IMG/VR virus record: IMGVR_UViG_3300027312_000135
Length of the DNA stretch: 12,244 nt
From: a virus
Taxonomy: Duplodnaviria > Heunggongvirae > Uroviricota > Caudoviricetes
Direction: 5' to 3' (one strand)
Shown here in pieces: positions 5,516 to 11,390 of this stretch. The stretch's first letter is position 1, and each line of letters opens with the position of its first letter. Both the position numbers and the translations under genes were made by a program. The notes under the pieces are model-generated. The model searched no databases. It had not been told where the DNA came from and was given only the letters and a program-made list of their open reading frames with translations.

Positions 5516-5785
5516 ATGTTTGCAGCTACCAACAGCGTCAGCCGTCGCTACCTCAAGCGTGGCGAACTGATCGCAAAACGCCGGGCAGAAGCGGCTGAAA
5601 GTAAAGCCCGCGTTGACGCCAGTGCTGAGCGCGTTTCGCGCGCTGTATCGGCGCCGAGCCTTCGTGAGAAACAAGACGTAGTAGCGCTACGCGTTAGTAC
5701 TAAATATCAGAAAATCAGCAACGAAGCTGGCCGTCAGATTCACGCTGTACAGAAGATCCGCGGAAAAAGCATTCCGCTTATCTAA
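5516..5785 (+). CDS. N: Antitermination protein N (phage 21-like arginine-rich motif)
   Basis: ATG at 5516 follows GGAGG. The N-terminus NSVSRRYLKRGELIAKRRAEAA resembles the phage 21 N ARM (SRYKARRAELIAERR). The C-terminal ..GKSIPLI resembles phage 21 ..GSKPLI. Confidence 0.85.
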   Translation: MFAATNSVSRRYLKRGELIAKRRAEAAESKARVDASAERVSRAVSAPSLREKQDVVALRVSTKYQKISNEAGRQIHAVQKIRGKSIPLI

Positions 5786-6050
5786 TGGCTTTCGATCCAG
5801 TCAGTACGCTGATGAACGAGATGAAGCTGATAGAGGTTATTAGCTTCTGCTCGCCTTCCACAGTTACAGCAGATAGCGCCATGAGGGGTATTTTTTTCTG
5901 CGTCTTTGAAGGTGAACTGAAATCAGCGTGCTCCACATTCAGGGCACCGAAACTTAACACGGCCCATGAGGAGACTCCGTTTTGGTTTTGCTTAGTGATA
6001 GGTAACCCTAACATTCCTTCCAGCTTTAGCCAGCAAAAAATGAACTTACT

Positions 6051-6071
6051 GCCGCATAAGCGGCTTTTTTT
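6051..6071 (+). terminator. Intrinsic terminator (tL1-like) downstream of N
   Basis: GCCGC-ataa-GCGGC stem-loop followed by T7 (6065-6071). Confidence 0.7.
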
Positions 6072-6095
6072 ACGCCCAAATTCAGGAGAGTAACG

Positions 6096-6368
6096 ATGTG
6101 CAATTGCATTGAAGAGGCTGGCCAGAAGGTCCGGGAGCAGATGCTCAAAAGCAAACCGGATGATGCCGAAATCGACGAAAGCTGGGGAGCCAGCGGCTGG
6201 GATAATCAGGTCATGTCGCTCGGCGATGGCAAAATTCGCGTGATGCTCAATTACAAAATGGGCTGGTATCCACGCAAGAAAGACGGCAGCCGCGCTAAGA
6301 ACGCAAGCCGCAAAGAAATGGCCGTGAAGATGAGTCACTGCCCTTTCTGTGGCGTCAGCCTTGAGTGA
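6096..6368 (+). CDS. Hypothetical 90-aa protein with split Cys pairs (CxC ... CPFC), possibly a zinc ribbon
   Basis: RBS AGGAG lies 6 nt upstream. The sequence runs MCNCIEEAGQKV...KMSHCPFCGVSLE. It occupies the ral/kil position of the PL operon. The antisense 197-aa ORF was judged a shadow. Confidence 0.65.
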   Translation: MCNCIEEAGQKVREQMLKSKPDDAEIDESWGASGWDNQVMSLGDGKIRVMLNYKMGWYPRKKDGSRAKNASRKEMAVKMSHCPFCGVSLE

Positions 6369-6459
6369 CACCGCAATGGCCTGTTACGGCAGGTCATGAC
6401 GGTGCATTTGCACCAGACGCGTAATGAGCCGCAGTGCGGTACGAGAGTTTTTCGCCTTT

Positions 6460-6491
6460 GGCTCCTGCAGGAATGCAGGGGCCATTTTTTT
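6460..6491 (+). terminator. Strong intrinsic terminator immediately upstream of cIII
   Basis: GGCTCCTGCA-ggaa-TGCAGGGGCC forms a 10-bp stem including one G-U pair, followed by A then T7 (6485-6491). Confidence 0.75.
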
Positions 6492-6522
6492 AACCAAACC
6501 AACCGAATTAAGGATGTCCACG

Positions 6523-6660
6523 ATGAATCTTGCGATCGCGGGCGGCACCATCGTGGATGCCGCTCAGCTTTACCCTTCCCAGTTAACCCGCTTAACAGAA
6601 CGCCTGCGCACCATTTGTCGCTGGCTGAAAGACACCCTGATGCAGCCAGGGAGACCCTAA
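6523..6660 (+). CDS. cIII: cIII (FtsH/HflB protease inhibitor)
   Basis: MNLAIAGGTIVDAAQLYPSQLTRLTERLRTICRWLKDTLMQPGRP aligns with lambda cIII MQYAIAGWPVAGCPSESLLERITRKLRDGWKRLIDILNQPGVP. RBS AAGGA lies 8 nt upstream. An in-frame ATG at 6514 is an alternative start. Confidence 0.85.
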   Translation: MNLAIAGGTIVDAAQLYPSQLTRLTERLRTICRWLKDTLMQPGRP

Positions 6661-6773
6661 TGAAAATTCGTTACTTCCAGAAAGCGCAGGAGCTTTCACG
6701 CGAGGCCCATCTGTTCGGCGACAGCGCGAAGTGGGCTATGGCAATGCTGTTGTTACGGAGAGCGCACCAGTGA
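6660..6773 (+). CDS. Possible 37-aa ORF coupled to cIII
   Basis: TAATG overlap with the cIII stop. The sequence is MKIRYFQKAQELSREAHLFGDSAKWAMAMLLLRRAHQ. There is no independent support. Confidence 0.35.
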   Translation: MKIRYFQKAQELSREAHLFGDSAKWAMAMLLLRRAHQ

Positions 6774-6811
6774 AACTTTCATGGCGAGCAAAACAGGAAG
6801 TCGAGGAGATT

Positions 6812-7081
6812 ATGAAAAATCTCTCTGAGACCGATTTAGAGCGCATCGGCGATGAAGCCGACTCGATGATGGACCAGCACAAGATTAACCCGCTGATGAC
6901 CGCGCTGTGCGCGTTCCTGCCTAAGCACTTCGATTACCCCGCTGTCGAGCTGGTCGACGAAGACGACGAGCAGTACGAAGCCGCCGAAAACTTCCTGCGC
7001 GATGCGCTGGTGAAAGTCGCTAAGCGGGACATGGCGATCGCCATCTGGAAAAGCCGAAACAGCTTCGATGAGGTGGCGTGA
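6812..7081 (+). CDS. Hypothetical acidic protein (89 aa; possibly 103-116 aa from upstream starts)
   Basis: ATG at 6812 follows GAGGAG. In-frame alternatives are GTG 6770 (GTGA-coupled to the 37-aa ORF, RBS GGAGAG) and ATG 6731. The stop overlaps the recE-like ATG (TGATG). Confidence 0.65.
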   Translation: MKNLSETDLERIGDEADSMMDQHKINPLMTALCAFLPKHFDYPAVELVDEDDEQYEAAENFLRDALVKVAKRDMAIAIWKSRNSFDEVA

Positions 7082-7899
7082 TGCAGCCTGGCATCTATTA
7101 CGACATCAGCAACGAGTCGTACCACAGCGGCCCCGGCATCAGTAAATCGCAGCTGGACGACATCGCGATCAACCCGGCCATCTTTCAGTGGCGCAAAGAA
7201 GCGCCAGAGGACGAAGAGAAGAAATCGGCACTGGATATGGGCACGGCCCTGCACTGCCTGCTGCTGGAGCCTGAAGAGTTTGATCACCGCTTCATCGTGG
7301 CGCCCGAGTTTAACCGCCGCACCAATGAAGGAAAGGCGAACGAGAAAGCCTTTCTGCAGGACTGCGCCGGGCTGGGCATGACGGTGATGGACGCCGAGGA
7401 AGGTCGCAAGCTGAAGCTTATGCAGGCCAGCGCCCTCGCCCACCCGGCCGCACGCTGGTTACTGGAGGCAGAAGGCCATCAGGAGGCGTCAATCTACTGG
7501 AATGATGAGCAGACAGGCGAACTTTGCCGGATCAGGTCAGACAAGTTTCTTTCGGAACAGCCCGTCATCGTTGACGTGAAAAAAGTGGCTGATATGTCCC
7601 GCTTCGCCCGGCACGTCGAAGAGTTCCGCTATCACGTTCAGGACGCCTATTACCGCGAGGGCTTCAGTCAGCATTTCGGCGAATACCCGCTTTTCGTTTT
7701 TATCGCCGTCAGCGAGTCGATCGACTGCGGCCGGTATCCGGTGCGCACCTTCCAGCTGCAGGAGGACGATGTTTCCGTGGGCTACGACCTCTTTCGCCGC
7801 GACCTGAACACCTATCACGAATGCATGCTGACCGGTAACTGGGGCGGCATCGAAGAAATCACGCGCCCGGACTGGGCAAAAAGGAAGGATTACGCATGA
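7081..7899 (+). CDS. recE: RecE-like / PD-(D/E)XK exonuclease (exodeoxyribonuclease VIII C-terminal-domain type)
   Basis: Nuclease motifs are visible: ..RIRSDKF.., IVDVKKV (D/E-x-K) and HVQDAYY (QxxxY). It lies immediately upstream of, and overlaps, recT. Confidence 0.8.
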   Translation: MQPGIYYDISNESYHSGPGISKSQLDDIAINPAIFQWRKEAPEDEEKKSALDMGTALHCLLLEPEEFDHRFIVAPEFNRRTNEGKANEKAFLQDCAGLGMTVMDAEEGRKLKLMQASALAHPAARWLLEAEGHQEASIYWNDEQTGELCRIRSDKFLSEQPVIVDVKKVADMSRFARHVEEFRYHVQDAYYREGFSQHFGEYPLFVFIAVSESIDCGRYPVRTFQLQEDDVSVGYDLFRRDLNTYHECMLTGNWGGIEEITRPDWAKRKDYA

Positions 7900-8798
7900 G
7901 CAACGAAATTACGCACCCGCCGGTCAACGAGGCCGACACCAAAGCGGCAATTTTCAGCCCGAGCGCATTGCAGAAGCTGCAGGCGTTTGCCGAAGTGATG
8001 GCAATGGGAAAAGTCACAGTTCCCGCCCACCTGGCTGGTAAACCCGCCGATTGTCTCGCTGTCGCGCTTCAGGCTGCACAGTGGGGCATGAACCCCTACG
8101 CAGTGGCGCAGAAAACACATGCCGTTAACGGCACGCTGGGCTACGAAGCGCAACTGGTAAACGCCGTCATAACCAGCTCTACGGCCGTGCAGGGTCGCTT
8201 CAAATATGAGTACGGCGGCGACTGGGAGAAGTTCAAGCCCGGCGCAGCTAACGCGGCGAATGAACGCGGCCTGTTTGTCCGGGTCGGCGCCGTGCTGCGC
8301 GGCGAGACGGAAATCACCTGGGGCGAGCCGCTGTTTCTGGAGTTCGTAACCACCCGCAACTCTCCGCTCTGGAAAACAGCGCCGAAGCAGCAGCTGGCTT
8401 ATCTGGCCGTCAAATACTGGGCGCGCCTCTACTGCCCTGACGTCATCCTCGGCGTTTACACCCCAGATGAGTTTGAACCGGCGCAGCGCGCGGAACGTGA
8501 TGTTACCCCAGCACGCAGCCGTGCAGACCTGAACAACCTGATCAACAGCAAGCCCGAAACGCAGCAGCCCGAGCGCGAAATTAACCCGGCGACTAACACC
8601 AGTGCACCAGCGCGCACGCCGGACGAGCTCCTTGCCGATTTCACCACCGCTGCAGCTGAAGCGGAAAACGTTGCCGGTCTGGACCGCTGCTACAAATACG
8701 CGGCACGCATGCTGGCTAATGATGGTCAAGATCTTGTAAAGGCGACGAAGGTTTATCAGATACGCAAGAAAGAACTTAGCGATTCAGATTTAGGATAA
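7896..8798 (+). CDS. recT: RecT-family single-strand annealing protein
   Basis: The 300-aa ORF has an ATGA overlap with the exonuclease gene. The core (..QAAQWGMNPYAVAQKTHAVNGTLGYEAQL.. , ..NSPLWKT.PKQQLAYLAVKYWARLY..) is typical of RecT. Confidence 0.88.
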   Translation: MSNEITHPPVNEADTKAAIFSPSALQKLQAFAEVMAMGKVTVPAHLAGKPADCLAVALQAAQWGMNPYAVAQKTHAVNGTLGYEAQLVNAVITSSTAVQGRFKYEYGGDWEKFKPGAANAANERGLFVRVGAVLRGETEITWGEPLFLEFVTTRNSPLWKTAPKQQLAYLAVKYWARLYCPDVILGVYTPDEFEPAQRAERDVTPARSRADLNNLINSKPETQQPEREINPATNTSAPARTPDELLADFTTAAAEAENVAGLDRCYKYAARMLANDGQDLVKATKVYQIRKKELSDSDLG

Positions 8799-8830
8799 AC
8801 ATGTAGTACACTTATAGCTCTATAAAATTC

Positions 8831-8861
8831 AAAAAATATTTCCCCTCAGCCGAGGGGAAAT
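8831..8861 (-). terminator. Intrinsic terminator ending the minus-strand island operon; may act weakly for recT on the plus strand
   Basis: ATTTCCCCTC-agcc-GAGGGGAAAT forms a 10-bp stem (8838-8861). On the minus strand it is followed directly by ATTTTTT (8837-8831). Confidence 0.8.
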
Positions 8862-8863
8862 GA

Positions 8864-9004
8864 TTAAGGTTTTTTTGGCGGTGGGGCTGGTTGCGTAACT
8901 TGTTTAGCTGGTTTATAACCCTCGTTTACTGGCTGTGATTTCGGTTGATAACCATAGTCATATGGTTGATATCCATCTTCTTTGAACCTTTTTTCATTGG
9001 CCAT
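8864..9004 (-). CDS. Proline-rich micro-protein paralog 3 (46 aa; 50 aa if started at 9016)
   Basis: Hand-translated: MANEKRFKEDGYQPYDYGYQPKSQPVNEGYKPAKQVTQPAPPPKKP*. It shares its C-terminal motif with the two upstream micro-ORFs. The RBS is weak. Confidence 0.55.
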   Translation of the reverse strand: MANEKRFKEDGYQPYDYGYQPKSQPVNEGYKPAKQVTQPAPPPKKP

Positions 9005-9033
9005 TTTTACACTCATCTTCAATTACTTAAATA

Positions 9034-9177
9034 TTATGGTTTTTTAGGGGGAGGTACGGGCTGTGTTACTTGTTTTGAAGGTTTGTAACCCTTTTCGACA
9101 GGCTTCTCTTTTGGCTGATACCCACGATCGGTATTATCACCGTTAAATTTAGAATACTTCTGGTTAAATAATTTCAT
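9034..9177 (-). CDS. Proline-rich micro-protein paralog 2 (47 aa)
   Basis: Hand-translated: MKLFNQKYSKFNGDNTDRGYQPKEKPVEKGYKPSKQVTQPVPPPKKP*. A GAGGTAGGA RBS region precedes the ATG. Confidence 0.6.
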   Translation of the reverse strand: MKLFNQKYSKFNGDNTDRGYQPKEKPVEKGYKPSKQVTQPVPPPKKP

Positions 9178-9191
9178 ACCGTTTCCTACCT

Positions 9192-9335
9192 CTATGGCTT
9201 TTTTGGAGGAGGTGCAGGAGGGGTAACCTGTTTCGGAGGTATATAACCACCATTAACACCATTGCTACTCTGGTTTTTACTTTGAGCTCTAGGTTGATAA
9301 CCATCTTGAGCTATGCCTTTATTTTTTTGCATCAT
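9192..9335 (-). CDS. Proline-rich micro-protein paralog 1 (47 aa; 46 aa from the second ATG)
   Basis: Hand-translated: MMQKNKGIAQDGYQPRAQSKNQSSNGVNGGYIPPKQVTPPAPPPKKP*. RBS is GGAGA. It starts 20 nt after the stop of the 195-aa membrane protein. Confidence 0.6.
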   Translation of the reverse strand: MMQKNKGIAQDGYQPRAQSKNQSSNGVNGGYIPPKQVTPPAPPPKKP

Positions 9336-9355
9336 ACATTCTCCAATGGAAATAA

Positions 9356-9943
9356 CTACGTTTCATAAAATTCAATCTTTTCAATATCTTTAGAGAGAAT
9401 AAGCACGCCCTGAGTCTTATCTTTGACGCTATCAAAACCACCGTCGCTATTAATGTGCCAACTTTGCTCTAAATAGAGTTGCTCTGGTTCAGGAGCGCTG
9501 GAAGCAAAAGAGTCACTACCATAATACCCGCCTATAGTCTTTCCGTCTTTTAAAGTAACAACGACCCAAGCCGTTTTACGCAATCCAAAATAATAATCCC
9601 AAGATCTTCCTGTTGGGTGTGGTAATAAGTTCTTTATCCATGGCAAAACTCTGGCCTTAGAGAAAATAAGCGCCAATAGAATAGGGCTTATTATCAAAAC
9701 AATCATATAAAAACAAAAGTAAATGAACGGGTGAGAAAACTTAAAGCCCAGCCCTTCAAAATAATATATTGGAATAAACCAAATCGCGTGATTGATGCAA
9801 CTGTAAGATACAACTTCTACTATCGCTTTTGAAGTATCTATTTGTACTGTAGGATGAAAAACATTATATGCTTTCATGCTTAGAAAGCCAGGAACGACAA
9901 AAAGGATAAAAATAAATAACTTACTACTATTCCAGATATCCAT
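9356..9943 (-). CDS. Integral membrane protein (three predicted TM helices plus a C-terminal soluble domain), function unknown
   Basis: 195-aa ORF in AT-rich DNA. Hydrophobic segments are KLFIFILFVVPGFLSMKAY, AIVEVVSYSCINHAIWFIPIYYF and PFIYFCFYMIVLIISPILLALIF. These are followed by RSWDYYFGLRKTAWVVVTLKDGKTIGGYYG...LYLEQSW. The layout is reminiscent of small DUF-type membrane proteins of prophages (recollection, not verified). Confidence 0.8.
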   Translation of the reverse strand: MDIWNSSKLFIFILFVVPGFLSMKAYNVFHPTVQIDTSKAIVEVVSYSCINHAIWFIPIYYFEGLGFKFSHPFIYFCFYMIVLIISPILLALIFSKARVLPWIKNLLPHPTGRSWDYYFGLRKTAWVVVTLKDGKTIGGYYGSDSFASSAPEPEQLYLEQSWHINSDGGFDSVKDKTQGVLILSKDIEKIEFYET

Positions 9944-10120
9944 TAGAGTTTTCTTCGAGTGATTTTTCTTTAAAAGAGCAAAACTGCACCTTCATGTCAA
10001 TAATTTTTTAGATGATTTTAAAGTATTACTAGTTTTCTTGATGAACAACACATAGCAGAGAAATACATGATGATAAGGTATACGTGGGCATGCCCCAACG
10101 ATGTCAATTCCAAGGAGCTT

Positions 10121-10246
10121 ATGAACATGCCGGTAATAGTTACGAAGTGGAGATGCAGCAGCCGGAAGCGGCTAAAGTTTTACCGTGATGGGTCGATGCA
10201 GTTACCGGAGGGTTACGATCCGATTTATCAGAAAGAGGGGGATTGA
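10121..10246 (+). CDS. Small basic peptide (41 aa; 59 aa if started at ATG 10067, 39 aa from ATG 10127)
   Basis: AAGGAG at 10112-10117. The sequence is MNMPVIVTKWRCSSRKRLKFYRDGSMQLPEGYDPIYQKEGD*. The stop TGA shares its A with the ATG of the 220-aa gene (TGATG). Confidence 0.45.
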   Translation: MNMPVIVTKWRCSSRKRLKFYRDGSMQLPEGYDPIYQKEGD

Positions 10247-10905
10247 TGTTCGAGCTATTTGATAAGAGATATTCCCATAGGATATCAGAAGCTCTTAAAG
10301 AGAAAGTTCGCACTGACATAGATGGGCCAGGATTCATTGCTCGGGGGATTCTTGAGGCTATTCGCTTACTAGAAGGTGAAAACGTAGCGCAGTCCACAAG
10401 AGCGATGCGACATAAGGAGCGAGAACTAAAAGGGGAACTAGAAGGTTTTTTTCATATTCACGTTGCAGAAGACAATTTTAGTAGATTAATGAATAATTTT
10501 GGTGGGAAGCCCTCTAAACCAATAAAAAACCCCAGACCAGATGAATTGATTGCTTATGCCACAAATCAAGTCTTAAAAGCATATGTTAAAAAATTTAGCA
10601 TCCCTTATAGTAGTGATGACACTCAACATTTGAGGGATGCCATAATTAACAGCAGCCATGCGAAGAAGATTGGCGCTGATAATATTTTTGATTCAATTCA
10701 GAAGCAAATACCTATGATGATAGACAAGGTATTTTTTTCAAACAATAAAGTTAGTGGCGATTGGTTATTATATAAAAAACACAGCGATGGTAAAAACTAT
10801 TACCTTGATTTCACAGTACATGTAGAATCAGAAGATACGCAGCGCCAAATTGAACTTCGAGCGTCTTTGAATAAATCTTTCCAAGAACTTATCAAACAAC
10901 ATTAA
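10246..10905 (+). CDS. Hypothetical 219-aa protein of the AT-rich island
   Basis: ATG at 10246 follows GAGGGGG; the ORF-track start at 10243 is a TTG one codon upstream. AT-rich codon usage matches the island. A strong terminator follows. I recognise no family with confidence. Confidence 0.78.
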   Translation: MFELFDKRYSHRISEALKEKVRTDIDGPGFIARGILEAIRLLEGENVAQSTRAMRHKERELKGELEGFFHIHVAEDNFSRLMNNFGGKPSKPIKNPRPDELIAYATNQVLKAYVKKFSIPYSSDDTQHLRDAIINSSHAKKIGADNIFDSIQKQIPMMIDKVFFSNNKVSGDWLLYKKHSDGKNYYLDFTVHVESEDTQRQIELRASLNKSFQELIKQH

Positions 10906-10920
10906 TTCTTAATAACTTTG

Positions 10921-10942
10921 ACCTGCTCCGGCAGGTTTTTTT
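10921..10942 (+). terminator. Intrinsic terminator closing the island
   Basis: ACCTGC-tccg-GCAGGT stem followed by a T-run to 10942. Confidence 0.85.
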
Positions 10943-10959
10943 ACGCCTAAATTTCGGAA

Positions 10960-11178
10960 ATGACTATGAATTTTCCAGATCCAGCAGACGAAGCAGCAGA
11001 ACGCGAACAGCAGCTGATAGAGGTAGCGCTGGCGAACAGGCCGGTTCCGCTGATGACTTACACAGGTAAATGTCACTACTGCGAAGAGCCAATCGACAAG
11101 GGGCATTTCTGCAGCGATGAATGTCGAACCGATCATGAGCGTATTCAGCATGCTCTTCGCAACAAAAAGGTGGCATGA
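10960..11178 (+). CDS. DksA/TraR-like small zinc-finger protein
   Basis: The 72-aa ORF reads ..EREQQLIEVALANR...GKCHYCEEPIDKGHFCSDECRTDHE. This is a CxxC...FCSxxC arrangement like phage TraR-type proteins. The start could be ATG 10966. Confidence 0.6.
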   Translation: MTMNFPDPADEAAEREQQLIEVALANRPVPLMTYTGKCHYCEEPIDKGHFCSDECRTDHERIQHALRNKKVA

Positions 11179-11390
11179 CGCCGCAAACTGAAAACGCACT
11201 AAGGGCCGTAGCGCGTAAGTGCAGGAGCGAGATTCTTAAAGCCATTGATGGCACAGAACACGACCGCATCATAACCATCCTTCTCGATAAGCACGCCAAA
11301 ACCGTTCAATGCCTACCGCCAGGCACATTCCCGGCAAAACGCTGGCTGTCCTTCTATGTGCGGCAGGTAGATAAGGAAATTCGCCAGTGA
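11175..11390 (+). CDS. Hypothetical protein (71 aa)
   Basis: ATGA overlap with the upstream gene and GTGA overlap with the downstream methyltransferase. GC content resembles the backbone. Confidence 0.6.
   Translation: MTPQTENALRAVARKCRSEILKAIDGTEHDRIITILLDKHAKTVQCLPPGTFPAKRWLSFYVRQVDKEIRQ

Noticed and set aside
5323-5598. 91-aa ORF and the N-terminal extension of N (start at 5441)
   Set aside because: The 91-aa frame overlaps the nutL boxB, the N leader and the 5' part of N out of frame, and the N-terminal extension lies in the N leader. The ATG at 5516 has a GGAGG RBS and yields the expected arginine-rich motif near the N-terminus.
5778-6371. 197-aa minus-strand ORF spanning the N-cIII interval
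   Set aside because: It is antisense to the 90-aa plus-strand gene, which has a proper AGGAG RBS. It has Ala/His/Phe-rich shadow-like composition and no RBS at its start. It would run against the PL operon through a plus-strand terminator.
6934-8729. Long minus-strand ORFs (6934-7443, 7537-7818, 7890-8729, 8141-8359, 8456-8647) opposite recE/recT
   Set aside because: These are typical antisense shadow ORFs of GC-rich coding DNA, with Arg/Ala/Gly-rich, low-complexity products. The plus-strand products carry recognisable RecE-like and RecT motifs.
9995-10000. Perfect TTGACA (minus strand) as the -35 of the membrane-protein operon promoter
   Set aside because: It is not listed as a feature because no acceptable -10 hexamer lies 16-18 nt downstream; only T-rich TCTTTT/TTTTAA candidates are present. 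The promoter call needs experimental mapping.
10205-10225. GYDP in the 41-aa peptide echoing the GYQP/GYKP motifs of the three micro-ORFs
   Set aside because: A four-residue match is far too short to argue homology. It is noted only in case a profile search links them.
10140-10397. 85-aa minus-strand ORF across the small-peptide/220-aa junction
   Set aside because: It is antisense to the coupled plus-strand pair and has no RBS. It would start inside the 220-aa gene.
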